DNA of 62,763 nucleotides, the filler included, from Choristocarpus tenellus KU-1152 (taxonomy: Eukaryota; Protista; Phaeophyceae), in assembly GCA_964200185.2 (NCBI GenBank). It is 15 parts of 15 records of this genome, joined end to end, with 100 filler letters (N's around TTAATTAATTAA, not from the genome) between each part and the next. Parts side by side here need not be neighbours in the genome. Positions count along the whole stretch, not along the records: positions 52,526 to 56,027 come from CAXNAD020019595.1; positions 56,128 to 59,647 come from CAXNAD020019480.1; positions 59,748 to 62,763 come from CAXNAD020022918.1; 12 more parts are not named here. One strand, given 5' to 3'. Position 1 is the stretch's first letter. Each line of letters begins with the position of its first letter. The position numbers and the translations under genes were made by a program. Positions 52,526 to 62,763 of the stretch are shown one piece after another. The notes below the pieces were generated by a model. The model was not told where the DNA came from and made no database searches. It saw nothing but the letters and a program-made list of their open reading frames with translations.

Positions 52526-53335
52526 GGGGTTGCCATGCCGATATTCTGACCCTTGACTTGCCCAGTTCTGGGCTCAAAATCACCCCAAAAGATCCCTACT
52601 TTGACGGCTTAAAGCACCTCGAGTTTTTACCTGATGATCCTCGACCCCTACCTTTTCTGAAAGCTGAGATTGTCAACCCGATTTCATTCTGTGGGGTTAT
52701 CGTCCGATTCGGCGCCGTTCTCGCCTGGCAAGCCCGGGTGTTTCGCTACACAAACTTATGGCACAGAGGTAGTATTTATTGAACTTCTGTTGAATCCCAA
52801 AATTCAACTTCCAAATTTGATGCCTTGTACAAACTTTACTCTCGCTTCTGCATGCTGCTCAACTATAAGGAACACATGCTGAGCACTTTGTTATGTATCT
52901 GTTTGGGATAAGTAACTGCCCCCATGCTCCAGCATCAATCCATCGCCGCATACATTCCACTTCGGAGAATTTGTCTGGAGGAATCCCACTTATCTCACTT
53001 TCCGTGTCAATTCTACCTCAAATACGCTTTTTAAAAATCTTGTGACAGAGAAATGCACACTGTACCAGTACATGTTAAGAAGCGAAAATATTCAATTCCA
53101 CCCACAGACAAATTCCAATGCAAATCCTATCATCTCTCAGGATTTATCTCGTGGCATCATTCGGCCTTTTCACCCATCTTTCTGGGCTATATTCGCAACT
53201 GAAATTCACTTGCCTACACATTACAAGCTAGAATGCTGTTAAATTTGTTAACTCCCATGCAATAAAGAGGCAATTGTCCCTTACTTTTTGTGTTCTCACT
53301 GCCAACCACTCTGTTGGTTGACTGCATGAGGATAG

Positions 53336-55147
53336 ATGTCTGAACCTGCGCCACCCCTGGTCATCACTGGTCCATCTGGCTCCGGCAAGAGTGCATTGCT
53401 GGCCAACTGGTTGCTGCACTATACTCAGCGCCTGGGGCAGCGACTTCGAAATGGTGGAAGTGTTGAAGAGCCACTGATATTATATCACGCTGTTGGGTGA
53501 GGCAATTAGAGTCGACCGAAACTCATCAATTATGGGGTGATAGAGCGAATGGAGGTGGGAATTCATGTTATTGCTCTTGGAATGTTGATTAGTTTGGCAT
53601 TTTATGCTTGGAAATTGATGGCCTTGATGACCTACGTGTGTTATTGTTTTTTTATGCTCCTGAGATATAGTCAGAAGTGGTAGTGGACAACCAATGTTTC
53701 CATTGCTCGAAGGTCCCACCAAGCAGAAAAGGTGACTCCCCCTGAACTAAACTAGTTGAGAAAAAAAATCTGTTGGAGTTGCGATTATATCAATATCATG
53801 AGGGGGTTTTCGTTATTCTAGAGGTGACATAGATCACATTCCATCTCTATGATTGACTCTTTTAGGAGTACAGAGTAGTATTCTGTCCTCAGATATGCCT
53901 GGTGGGTACATCCTAGTAATAGTACTCTAAAGTACGGGTTTGATAGAGCTTAGATACATGATTGCTCAGACTGTTTATTGTTGGATTGAAGAAGTTTTAC
54001 AATGATGTTATGATCAGATTCAATTCTCAGATGAACAGATCAGTGAAAAAAACATGTGTTACACTACTGAGCACACCCCTCAAACCAACGTGCGAAGCCA
54101 CCTCTGTCTCCAACCATTGCCGTTTGACCCATTTGCACCTGAATGGTCACATGGGTATTTGCTTCATGCATGCGCACACAACAAGATGCACACGCCATGG
54201 GGTGAATGTCGATCAGCTTCTGTGGAGGCTCCTAGGGGAGCTGAAGAGGCATTTTGACCTCGCCCGAAATGTTCCCAATGAAGCTGAAAGGTTAAGCTGG
54301 GAACTTCCTCGCTTTCTTGAGCTGGCGGGAAGGAAGGGCCCGGTGCTCATAATTATCGATGGCCTCCACCGTGTACGAAACATGAATGGTTAGAGGTTTT
54401 ATTTTGGTGTCCAAAACATATCCATAAAGCATGAACTGGATGACATCTATGTGTTGACTTGTGGTGGGTCAGCAGGGGTAGGGTCTTGTAGTTGACCTTG
54501 GACTCAATCTTTCTAGGAGGTTGCCATGTGATATTGACAAGTGTGCTCCGTACTGAGGGAAAAAAACGGCATCACCCATGAGAGAAGATTACAGTACCGT
54601 AGACTTTCTTCTTCAGCGCATCACATTCTCTCTTGATCCACCTTTTCAAGTGTAGACGGTCAGATCGGACCCGCCACAAACTGATAGTCCTTCCGACTTG
54701 GTCTCTATTCGTTTAAAATGGAAGCTGTACTAACAAGCAGGTAGAGTGAAGCATACAACAGCATCATTTCTCACAATTTTGACTCCGACACCCAACCGTA
54801 ACATCCACTTCTATTTGTCCCAATCACATACCCAGATGTCCTCCTTGTCACTCATCTCTGTCCTACCAACATGCCACCGCTGGACAGGGGGAGAAAGTGG
54901 CCTCAAATGGCTCCCCCTCCAGTACCCCAGAAATATCCGGATTCTTGTCTCCGCCACTGAACCAATTCAGGAGCACCTGCAACTACCTCATCATTATCAC
55001 ATCCAGCAGTCTACGTCTCAGCCCCAGGGATGTGCAGCCACTGCTCTCCTCACCTCTAATGTACCTCAAGGAGGATCTGAGACTGAGGATTTCCAGGGGA
55101 CAGTGCCTAGTGCAGCCAAATATGAGAGCAGTCAAAGGCGGCAGAAG
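53336..55147 (+). CDS. NACHT/STAND P-loop NTPase (NPHP3/TEP1-like), internal exons (53336-53496, 54186-54388, 54888-55147)
   Basis: PLVITGPSGSGKSALLANW (Walker A), YHAVG|CTR, VLIIIDGLHRV (Walker B), LKWLPLQYPRNIRILVS. Junction phases are consistent. Confidence 0.85.
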
Positions 55148-55149
55148 GT

Positions 55150-55407
55150 GAGTTAAAGCATCTTAGAGGGTAGAGCTGTGTCGATTTGGGGGCCAAAGTC
55201 CATTGTTGCGATTTTGGTGTAATTTTGGCTATCGTGTTTGTTAGGAGATGTCAGTATCCTTGTTCCAGACACACCTTTTCATAACGTATACATTTACCTA
55301 CTCCGAAACATTTTGGTGTAGGTAAAATGTCATTAAAAACTTATGGGAAGCCAAGCCCCAAATGGACAATCAGGGAAAAACTCGTACCCTCTAAGATACT
55401 TTCACTC
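55150..55407. mobile_element. MITE, CAAAGTATCT family, subfamily A, complete copy at a splice donor
   Basis: TIRs GAGTTAAAGCATCTTAGAGGGTA / TACCCTCTAAGATACTTTCACTC; exact TSD AGGT (55146-55149, 55408-55411). Confidence 0.92.
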
Positions 55408-56027
55408 AGGTGATATTTCCGGGAAATTGGGACCAAGGCATTTTTTACTCCGTATTTCTGCCAATGGGGCAACGGCTATAAAACAGAACACCATCACACA
55501 ACTTATCAATAGATCACAAAGGGTTAAGCTGAAGTGAGTCCTGTAGTTAAGAATTGTAGATGGAGATCATTGGTTTATAAGACTTGTTTCTATAAAACAG
55601 ATTATTGTACTTGGAAAGTAAAATTCATTGCCTTGACACATTGAACCCTACTATTGAACGGTTCTCAGACACATAGGGTTTTAAAAACCACTAAATTGTG
55701 AGGTGCCTAAAATCATCTAGTTTTCAGCATGAGAACTACCTCTGACAGCTGCAAATGCTCTTGAGTTATGATAGAATGGTGAGAATATTTGGGAAAAACA
55801 CTCAACACACTGATGTCCCCATTGGTTATTGAACATCGTAGAATCTGTTGTAATCCGTTTTTACTCAAGACTCTAAAGTACTTCTGACCTTCAACTATCA
55901 CTCTTTGAAGTTCGAGGGGTGGAGCTACAAGTATCACTAGTAGTAGGACCAAATGCTATGTATGATGGAGCACAAAATAAAAAAAATGAGCTCCCACCGC
56001 CCCCTCCCTTTGCCCTATTCCCCCCCC

Positions 56028-56127
56028 NNNNNNNNNNNNNNNNNNNNNNNNNNNNNNNNNNNNNNNNNNNNTTAATTAATTAANNNNNNNNNNNNNNNNN
56101 NNNNNNNNNNNNNNNNNNNNNNNNNNN
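56028..56127. other. Artificial contig linker
   Basis: 44 N + TTAATTAATTAA + 44 N. Confidence 0.98.
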
Positions 56128-56197
56128 CCCTCTCACTTTTCTTCCCCCCCCCCCCCCCCCCCCCCCCCACCACCACCACCACCAAAAAAGTACCAAC

Positions 56198-58911
56198 CTC
56201 TTGATTGTAGGTCATAGCGTTATCAAACGTCAGTCTCACGTCTGCGCTGAACTCTTCCAAATCCGTGTACTGCTCCTTGGCCACCTTCTTGGCAATCGTA
56301 CCCAAGTCCATCGGGTTGCGGATAACCTAAAACAAACAATTCAAACAATTTAAAATAAACAAGAAACAAAAACACAAACCATTACTCCCAATCGAACCGA
56401 AACGGGACTGGAAGAGAAATAGAATAGAGAAAGAAGAGAGAAAGAATAGAGAAAGAATAGAGAAAGAAGAGAGCCGGTGGAGGGAGAAACTTGTCCCAAA
56501 CCAGTCAGTAACTGCAGCCTTATCGCCGTTGCCAATTCTATTCCACAATAATCCTATTCCATAACAATTCTATTCCACAATAATCCTCTTCTATAACAAT
56601 ACTATTCCACAATAATCCAATTCCATAACAATTCTATTCCACAATAATCCTATTCCATAACAATCCTATTCCACAATAATCCTCTTCTATAACAATACTA
56701 TTCCACAATAATCCAATTCCATAACAATTCTATTCCACAACAATAAAACACAAGAACAAGATGCACCAATGTACGAGCTGTACTCTCAATTGACACCCCT
56801 CCCCAGCACACCCTCTATAATAATAATAATAATAATAGCAACTCACACAACAAAAGCACTACACAGGTACAAACCACAACACCGCCGGTAAATAATAATA
56901 ATAATAATAATAAAAGAAAGTAGAAGCATACTCTGCTACCCAACCCTGCCACATCCTCACACAAAAAATATATAAGTACACTGTAGCGGCATGCTCTCCA
57001 AAACTACCCCAAGCAAGCAATTCAAAATGAAAAAAAAACAAAAACAAAGATGTACGTACTCCACACACACAAACTGAGTCGCACCGAGTCGTTCCACAAA
57101 AAAAATAAAAAATAAACACACTGAGAAACAAACAAAAACAAAACGGATATCAGTCCAGTCCACGTGTTGCAGTCAGTGCGACCGTCTAGAAGCATACACC
57201 AATAATAATGCTCTCCATGTACCTTTTTGGTGACCAACACCGTTATATACCCTTTCAAGACATGGTATAAATATTGTCATCGCCGTCGTCACACATGGCG
57301 TGTACTAGTTATATACCCGATAGCAAAATTGGTGGACAGTCAACAATGTTTCTAATCATTATTCTTGATCATTTCCTTTCTTTACAGAAGGGTCAACAGC
57401 GACCCAACCACGAAAGGCCCTCACTTGATAATACATACACCAGTTTCTGTAAAAGGAAAGCAATAAAAAAAATGAAAAGGAGAAATTTCACCAAACTGTC
57501 ACATTGGCCATATAACCCTGATCCCCTCTAAGCAAGTCCAAACAAAACCCTGCTACATAGCCGTAATCCTAACCCTAACCCTAAGACCGAACCCTCGTTA
57601 CTAACCCTAACCCTAACCCTAAGACCGAACCCTCATTACTAACCCTAACGCCCCCCTCCCTAACTGCAGTTATAGACTCAAAACCTCAACAACAACTAAC
57701 TTACAACTTCCAGTTACAGACAGAAACAGAAAGATTGAACGATACGTCCACACACATCAAATGAAAAAAGAAACAAGGAAGAAAAAGAACCCCCCCAAAA
57801 AAAAAAAATCAGTAAACTAAAAAAAGGCTTCATTCAACCAAAATAAATAAACAACCCAAGGCCCTTTCTCATTATCATCATTATTATTATTAGTAGTATT
57901 TATTTTTATTTTATTTTAGTTCTATGATTATTTTCTTGTATGATGTAGTAAAACACACCTCGAAGTAGTCAGGGAGACCAAGTTGAACAGGATCCACAGG
58001 CTCATTGAAAACCCACCCGAATTGATGGTCCTGAAGCTTCTTCAGTACTGGTGCCGCATAAGACTGTTAACGTCACCCCATCACCAGCAGTAAATTTAAG
58101 AAAGAAATAAAGTAAGAAGAAAAACAACAATCGTGTTAAGAATAATTACAACATAAAATAAAATAAATAAAATAAGAACGATAATGATAATCGTGTTAAG
58201 AATAATTACAACAGCAACAACAATTCCAGCAACAGGCACAATATATATATATATATATATATTTCTAGGTAATAGACCCAAACGATTGAAAACAGTACGA
58301 AGAGGGGGGTCAGTAGAGATGATCAGATGGAGCCATGTGGAGGAAAGAAAAAGAAAGATTAGTCGTGGCTATCAAGCAATAGCAACAAAAGATGCGAAAC
58401 CATTTTCATTTAAAAAAATTAAAAATAACCTTTAGGCTTCTTTTTTTTCTTAAGATTTTAAAAAAGGCATACTGGTACCGAACCAGGTCAGAGGGGAGTA
58501 AGTCACACATGGAACTCAAGCGGAGTCATCGGGTCAGGGAGGGGTCTTGATCCTTCTAGACCGTCAAGTGCTCCTAACACAGAGACATGCCAATGGAGAG
58601 AGAAGGGGGCGAGGAAGAGGTCTGATGCCCGGGAGGGAGGAAACTCAGTGCCCCACTAAAAAGGGGGAAAAAAAATAGTGTACTGAAAAATAAGCGTGAA
58701 AGCTCTTTCATGCTCACATGACTAAAAAAACAATGAATAAGGGTTAGGGCTAGGGCCAGGGCTAGGGTAACCATACAGACGACAAGCAACCCTTGTGAGT
58801 AGACGTGCTGACCACGGAAGCACCCAAGAAAGAAATACTGTAACCATCAATAAACATACCGCCTATTAAATAGCCTCAACACTTCCACAAAAAAATCCCC
58901 TGGCCCCCCCG

Positions 58912-58955
<44 letters not shown>

Positions 58956-59183
58956 CCCTCCCTTGCAAACGAACAATATTGGGAATGGAGGGACACACAT
59001 ACACTTACCATCACAAAAATTTTATCCCTAACCCTAACCCTAACCCCAACCCTATCCTCTTACTGATATGCGGGCCGGTGTGAGGTGAATGCCCGTGTCC
59101 AGCGACTTGATGTGATTCTCTATCTGCTCCACTGTGAAAGCCTCTATCAGAGACGTGCACTCCTCCGCTGAGAGCATCTTCCC
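56198..59183 (-). CDS. Bromodomain protein, probably a CBP/p300-type histone acetyltransferase, internal exons (59183-59064, 58063-57959, 56326-56198)
   Basis: [20 protein letters not shown]...|[35 protein letters not shown]|[11 protein letters not shown]...[18 protein letters not shown] is a canonical bromodomain. The upstream SLI..FT.EQI..HI.SL segment is typical of CBP-like HATs. Confidence 0.88.
56533..56740 (+). repeat. 32-bp minisatellite with a 96-bp higher-order period
   Basis: Unit CAATTCTATTCCACAATAATCCTATTCCATAA x6.5; variants recur every 3 units. Confidence 0.9.
57568..57649 (+). repeat. Telomere-motif-containing duplicated repeat
   Basis: (CCCTAA)n-GACCGAACCCTCRTTACTAA duplicated. 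Confidence 0.8.
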
Positions 59184-59647
59184 CTGCCGAGACTAAAGGA
59201 GACACCACAGGGGGAGGGCAGGGGGGGGGGAGGGGGGGGGGGAATACCTTGTCAAAAATGAATCGAGCACAAAGTACATTCATTTCAGGGTTCCTCAAAG
59301 GGGAACTGATACACAGTAGAGGTAATCAGTAGAAAGAGATCAGCACCACCCAATCACAGCAAGAGATCACAGTCAAACCAAAGAGGAGAGAGGAATACCA
59401 ACCAAAAAAAGGTGGAAAGGATACCGGGGAGGGGAGGAAGGAGGAAGTATATCAGCAACATTGATTGCAAGGCAGCTGACCAACCTCTACTCCACACCCA
59501 GCAATGATTTAAGCACAGTACCAAGCACAAAAAAAAAGAACACTCTCTGGTTCTCGATAACCATCCTTTCTCGCTCCACTTTCCAAATGTTTCACACAAG
59601 ACTGGTCATGCTACGTCACTCAGTCCATCACAAATCGCGTAAGCCCC

Positions 59648-59747
59648 NNNNNNNNNNNNNNNNNNNNNNNNNNNNNNNNNNNNNNNNNNNNTTAATTAAT
59701 TAANNNNNNNNNNNNNNNNNNNNNNNNNNNNNNNNNNNNNNNNNNNN
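59648..59747. other. Artificial contig linker
   Basis: 44 N + TTAATTAATTAA + 44 N. Confidence 0.98.
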
Positions 59748-59769
59748 TGGGATGGGGTAGGCGCGGGGT

Positions 59770-59814
<45 letters not shown>

Positions 59815-61540
59815 GAAGAGATGTTGCATGATTTCCCATACCGTGTAATGGTGGACTCCGTAGGCTATGGTTGCTGACAAGCCCACTGCCAACTGAGCTC
59901 TCGTTTGCTCCCGTCCTCATCCCCCTGCCATGCCCGTGCTGCATGTCCGGAACATCACCTTCACCATCTCCTTCACCATCTCCTTCTTCATCTCCTTCAC
60001 CATCTCCTTCCCCATCTACATCTAACACCAATAACAGCCATTGCAAAACACGCCACAAAATGGGAAGGGTGTGGATATGGATGTGGGTGTGGGTATGGGT
60101 ATGGATGTGGGTGTGGAAGTGGGTGTGGGTGTGGAAGTGGAAGTGGAAGTGGGAGAGGGGGTGGGGGTGGGAATAGAAAGGATATCTTTGAAACAATCAG
60201 GCTGGAGGATCAGGCGGCGGGTGTCCTTAAAATGGTAGTGGGTGTGAATGAAAGCATCAGACCTATTCTGACTCTGTGAAATTGGAGACAGGGACAAAAA
60301 AAAACTAAACCGTACATGCTTGCTAGCCGCAAAAAGGGGCTATTAAAAATACTCCTACCCTACAATAAAAAAAGAATGTTTATATCGAGGTGCTAGTTCA
60401 AAATTTGCACAATGCACTTTGAAGGCAGTTACCATTCTCAATGTCCCACAGCAAGAGGGATTTGAGTCCCAATTGTCTACGAACGACACAGGTTGTACTT
60501 TGCTCTAACCCTAACCCTGTGACAGAAATGGACCAGTGGGTCCATCAGCACACAACATGTCTCTTCCATACACTATCCTTCCACTTTGAGAATGCCATGT
60601 GTCAATAAGTATTGTTTCATGAAAAAAAAAGCACGGGGAAAACTACACAAAATCAAGAGAGGGCAAGGGGCGAGATCAGCGGAACACACAAGCCTTGCAT
60701 AGTGCACTTGTTGTCCTCTGCAGTTGGGCAAGAATTCTTGGAGTGCAGAGGGTATCAAGATTAGAAAGATTGCAAAACACTCCTAGGTAAGAGCCCTGCA
60801 AAATCAAACCACCTAACAAAAAAATGCCTATCCCGTACACACAAATAGACTAGTCGCTTTGAAAGCACCAACACAACCGACGATTGCAACCCTCAGATCA
60901 GTCTGAACAAACTCAATAAAGATGTGATTGTTTTGGGGGTGGGGATGAGAGTGGGAAATGGGGTCTAAAAAACTCATACAACAACCCTGAACTCACCATC
61001 CCAATCTCTATTATTTTCATCCAGGTCATGACCCTCCGGATTCTCCGCAAACGACCTTATGCGTGCTGTTTTGCTGGCCTTATGGCTGTCGATTTCGCCG
61101 CTCTCGGGGCTGCCCACTGTGTCATCATCGAATACTGTGTCCTGATTGTCACCGCCCACAACTCCCTTCCCCACCTGTTCTGCACTTTCGTCATCTTCAT
61201 CAGCGTCATCATTATCTTCCTCGACAGTATACGGCGGGGCAGCGGGGTCTAAGACAGCTGCCCCCGCTCGCTCCCCGTTCGCCTTGTTCCCACCATTGTC
61301 ACCGCCATCTATATCATCTGAAGGTGTGACGATGGCAGTTCGAAATTCATGTGCTTGGTAGGAAGCGGAATCATGCTTGCTGGATATAGAGGGGAAGGAA
61401 TCTCTCGAAGGCTCGCTCTTACCCTCTTCGTTCCACCTCCCTCCACCTGTACCAGAAGAGACACGGACCGCCGCCACCCCCAAAGACTCGGCATCACCCT
61501 TCTTCCCTTTTGTCGTGAACTTGAGAGGACCCCACTTCAT
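59748..61540 (-). CDS. 5' part of an unknown acidic/poly-proline protein (exons 61540-60997, 60021 to contig edge)
   Basis: 181-codon ORF from ATG, then G|gtgagt donor, joins in phase to ttag|AT: DVDGEGDGEG...TSLHPPPPPP. Low complexity, no domain recognised. Confidence 0.5.
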
Positions 61541-62740
61541 GACGGTGAATCCTCACTACCAGATCTAGCCAGCGTTGTCCTCACCCCGACTCTTCCCCTT
61601 CACAATAACCTCCACTTCGCTATGGCAACTTCTTGCCACCTAACTTGTTTACAACAAAAGTAGGCTGGCACACCCGTCGATTGTTCCGAAGCTTTTACCT
61701 TTCCACCAAGGTCTGAATTGGCCCTACAACAGAGGTGACTAACCGTGTTAAGATTAACTATGTTGGCCAAACGTCCCAAGGTCAATACTGCCCTGCTTGT
61801 TTGCCTTGCCTTAACTGATCGAGGTACGGCAAGTTGTGAGAACTCGCTACTTCCTCAAAATTTCAGACTTCGCAGCGTTGTAACAAATTATCAAGACAGG
61901 CACAAAGATAAACTCTTCGAGGAGCAGCACCGGTCCAGCGTTAGACACTCCGGCTACCGCTCCTCTCCCCAGAAGGTGTGCTTCGTTGAGGAGATCTAAG
62001 GGAGATAGGGTGAGAGAGAACTTGTTTTATCCACTTTCCTGGGACAAACCCCCTTTCATCACATCATCTACTTCGAGAAAAATATAATAATATTTACCAT
62101 TCATTTTGTGGAATGTGAACGGATCTTCTTTTTTAAGGTTAGGGAACGGTCGGTGTTTCTCTATATGTCAGTTTTATAGGAAGTTCGTGTGTGTTCCTGT
62201 GGATGAATCCTTTCTCAACTACACCTTGCTGTAGGAGACCTTGGGGTAACACAACAGAACACCTCGTGCCAACTCCTTGGCAACCAACCGAATCCCTGAT
62301 TACTATTACTCCTGCAGATTGTAATATGAACGCACCCACATAAATTCACTCTTCAGTCCTAATTTTATTACTAGGGTGAGACATGATAGTAATGTTAATG
62401 AGGGGAGGGTATAATTAATTACTTCATGCTCACTTAGAAGTTTCATGAGGAGAGAAGGAAGCATGATACATGGAAAAGAATGTAACTAACTCTGCAACAT
62501 ATTTGTAAGTTTGAAATACTACTTTATGTGCTGCGATCAACAAAATTTGTGTACAAGGTCTGGGTAAGGGGAGGAAATTCTTTTTGTTGCTCAACGCACT
62601 ACTGAGATTAAAAATTTTGCTACAGATGGCTCACCCACGTGGAGTTGGGTACTTCATCCCCACCAGCACGCACGTTAGATACCCACACTCAACTCTTACC
62701 ACATTTTTTCATTATCATGGAAATAACGCCTCCTTTAAAA

Positions 62741-62763
62741 GACCCGAAGTATCTGGGAGGGGG
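62741..62763 (+). mobile_element. MITE terminus (CAAAGTATCT family) at window end
   Basis: GACCCGAAGTATCTGGGAGGGGG. Confidence 0.7.

Noticed and set aside
6173-59747. Regularly recurring palindromic TTAATTAATTAA motif, and apparent gene clustering across the window
   Set aside because: Identical N44-12-N44 artificial linkers. Adjacency across them has no biological meaning, so no operon or system spanning contigs can be claimed.
59871-60297. Striking WVWVWM / GCGYG / HTHTH ORFs
   Set aside because: Translations of an intronic GTGGRT hexamer microsatellite.

Overview
This window is not one continuous locus. It is 15 short eukaryotic contigs (about 2.6-6.2 kb each) joined by 14 artificial 100-nt linkers (44 N + TTAATTAATTAA + 44 N). 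The ORF track is mostly noise because the real genes are split by GT-AG introns. Splicing by hand gives partial genes for: a plastid-targeted diaminopimelate epimerase (dapF) head-to-head with a plastid-targeted triosephosphate isomerase; a signal-peptide-bearing chalcone-isomerase-fold protein; a TKL-type kinase 3' end; a 2OG-Fe(II) oxygenase; an ADP-dependent glucokinase 3' end; the STAND/TPR region of a soluble-adenylate-cyclase-like protein; a NACHT/STAND NTPase; a bromodomain (CBP/p300-like) protein; and several unknowns. Bipartite plastid presequences, the intron style, TTAGGG tracts and LINE remnants point to an ochrophyte, probably a brown alga (inference). Mobile DNA includes decayed DD39D-type mariners and an RLE-type LINE remnant. 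There is also an abundant family of short TIR elements (core CAAAGTATCT, 4-bp TSD, possibly Sola-like) that terminates 8 contig ends. The most notable single observation is one complete copy (55150-55407) inserted exactly at an exon's AG|GT splice donor. It duplicates AGGT, so the element is bounded by GT...AG and could be spliced out precisely (an Introner-like configuration). No rRNA, tRNA or CRISPR array was found.
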